Origin: an uncultured Actinomycetota bacterium
GTDB lineage: Bacteria > Actinomycetota > Actinomycetes > Actinomycetales > Dermatophilaceae
Length of the DNA: 64,000 nucleotides
Assembly: GCA_963747405.1 (NCBI GenBank)
Contig: CAVVFG010000011.1
Span: 5,018 to 69,017, forward strand
Direction of reading: 5' to 3'
Part shown: piece by piece, positions 63,357 to 64,000 of the stretch
How the letters are laid out: each line of letters opens with the position of its first letter
Position numbering within the stretch: position 1 is the first letter of the stretch
The notes under the pieces: generated by a model
Database searches by the model: none
The model's input: the letters and a program-made list of their open reading frames with translations, nothing else
Told to the model about the DNA's origin: nothing
Translations under genes and position numbers: made by a program

Positions 63357-64000
63357 GCGAGCCGATCCGCATCCTGCTCGTCGACGACCAGCCGCTCTTT
63401 CGTGGTGCGATCGCCGCGCTGCTCGCCAGCCAGCCCGACATGGAGGTGGTCGGCGAGGCCGAGAACGGCCTCCTCGGGGTCGAGAAGGCCCGCGAGCTGC
63501 ATCCCGACCTCGTCATCCTCGACGTCGACATGCCGGTGATGAACGGCGTCGAGGCGGTGCGGCTGATCCGCGAGCAGGTGATGGACGTCAAGGTCATCAT
63601 GCTGACCGTCTCCGACGTCGAGGACCACGTCATGGACGCCCTGCGCCACGGGGCGCACGGCTACCTGCTCAAGGACCTGCGCCCCGAGCAGCTGCACGAC
63701 ATGATCCGCTCGGTCATGCGCAACGAGACGCCCATCTCACCGGCCGTCGCCGGCCGGCTGCTCCGCGAGATCCGCGACGGCGGCGCGAAGAAGGTCACCT
63801 CACCGTCCCCGGAGCAGGCCCGGTCAGTGGTGACGCCGCGCGAGCTGGAGATCCTCCGGCTGGTGGCCGTGGGGATGAGCAACAAGGAGATCGCCAAGCG
63901 GCTCGTCATCACCGAGGGCACGGTCAAGAACCACGTGCACAACGCCCTCGAGAAGCTGCACCTCGACAACCGGATCCAGGCTGCCGCGTACGTGATCCGG
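63353..64000 (+). CDS. NarL/LuxR response regulator, 3'-truncated by window edge
   Basis: IRILLVDDQ, DLVILDVDMP, GAHGYLLKD, TPRELEILRL...NKEIA...TVKNHVHN. ATGA-coupled to the kinase. Confidence 0.93.
   Translation, partial: MSEPIRILLVDDQPLFRGAIAALLASQPDMEVVGEAENGLLGVEKARELHPDLVILDVDMPVMNGVEAVRLIREQVMDVKVIMLTVSDVEDHVMDALRHGAHGYLLKDLRPEQLHDMIRSVMRNETPISPAVAGRLLREIRDGGAKKVTSPSPEQARSVVTPRELEILRLVAVGMSNKEIAKRLVITEGTVKNHVHNALEKLHLDNRIQAAAYVIR

Overview
High-GC actinobacterial DNA; gene order suggests Micrococcales, possibly Intrasporangiaceae-like (inference). Positions 1-47.5 kb are mostly conserved core: lpqB-comF-hpf-orphan response regulator-YcaQ-GNAT-secA, then Rv3235/LysM/SAF/CpaE-like/WS-DGAT, pruA, an amino-acid/peptide catabolism patch, the large NAD-glutamate dehydrogenase, pdtaS-whiB1, an FHA-FtsK ATPase and a Tad/Flp pilus operon. 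An extra tadE/tadG pair is inserted upstream of secA. The standout is the last ~16.5 kb (47.5-64 kb), a self-contained multiheme cytochrome c island. It encodes (i) a secreted hexaheme protein whose heme motifs and spare histidines match, one for one, my recollection of the Geobacter OmcS nanowire subunit; (ii) a membrane-anchored octaheme protein on a long Pro/Thr/Ser stalk; (iii) a NapC/NirT-type, ImcH-like decaheme quinol dehydrogenase; (iv) an NHL beta-propeller and two TPR proteins; (v) its own System II maturation set (CcdA, ResB, CcsA, TlpA); (vi) a BldC/MerR-like regulator; and (vii) a divergent NarL-type two-component system. A 31-bp motif (24/31 identical) precedes both leftward operons. 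Together this looks like a Gram-positive extracellular electron transfer / cytochrome nanowire pathway in a lineage not known for it. Two single-base homopolymer frameshifts (tadE; a TPR gene) may be assembly errors. No rRNA, tRNA, CRISPR, integrase or transposase is visible. All family assignments come from motif recognition and memory; no database search was run.
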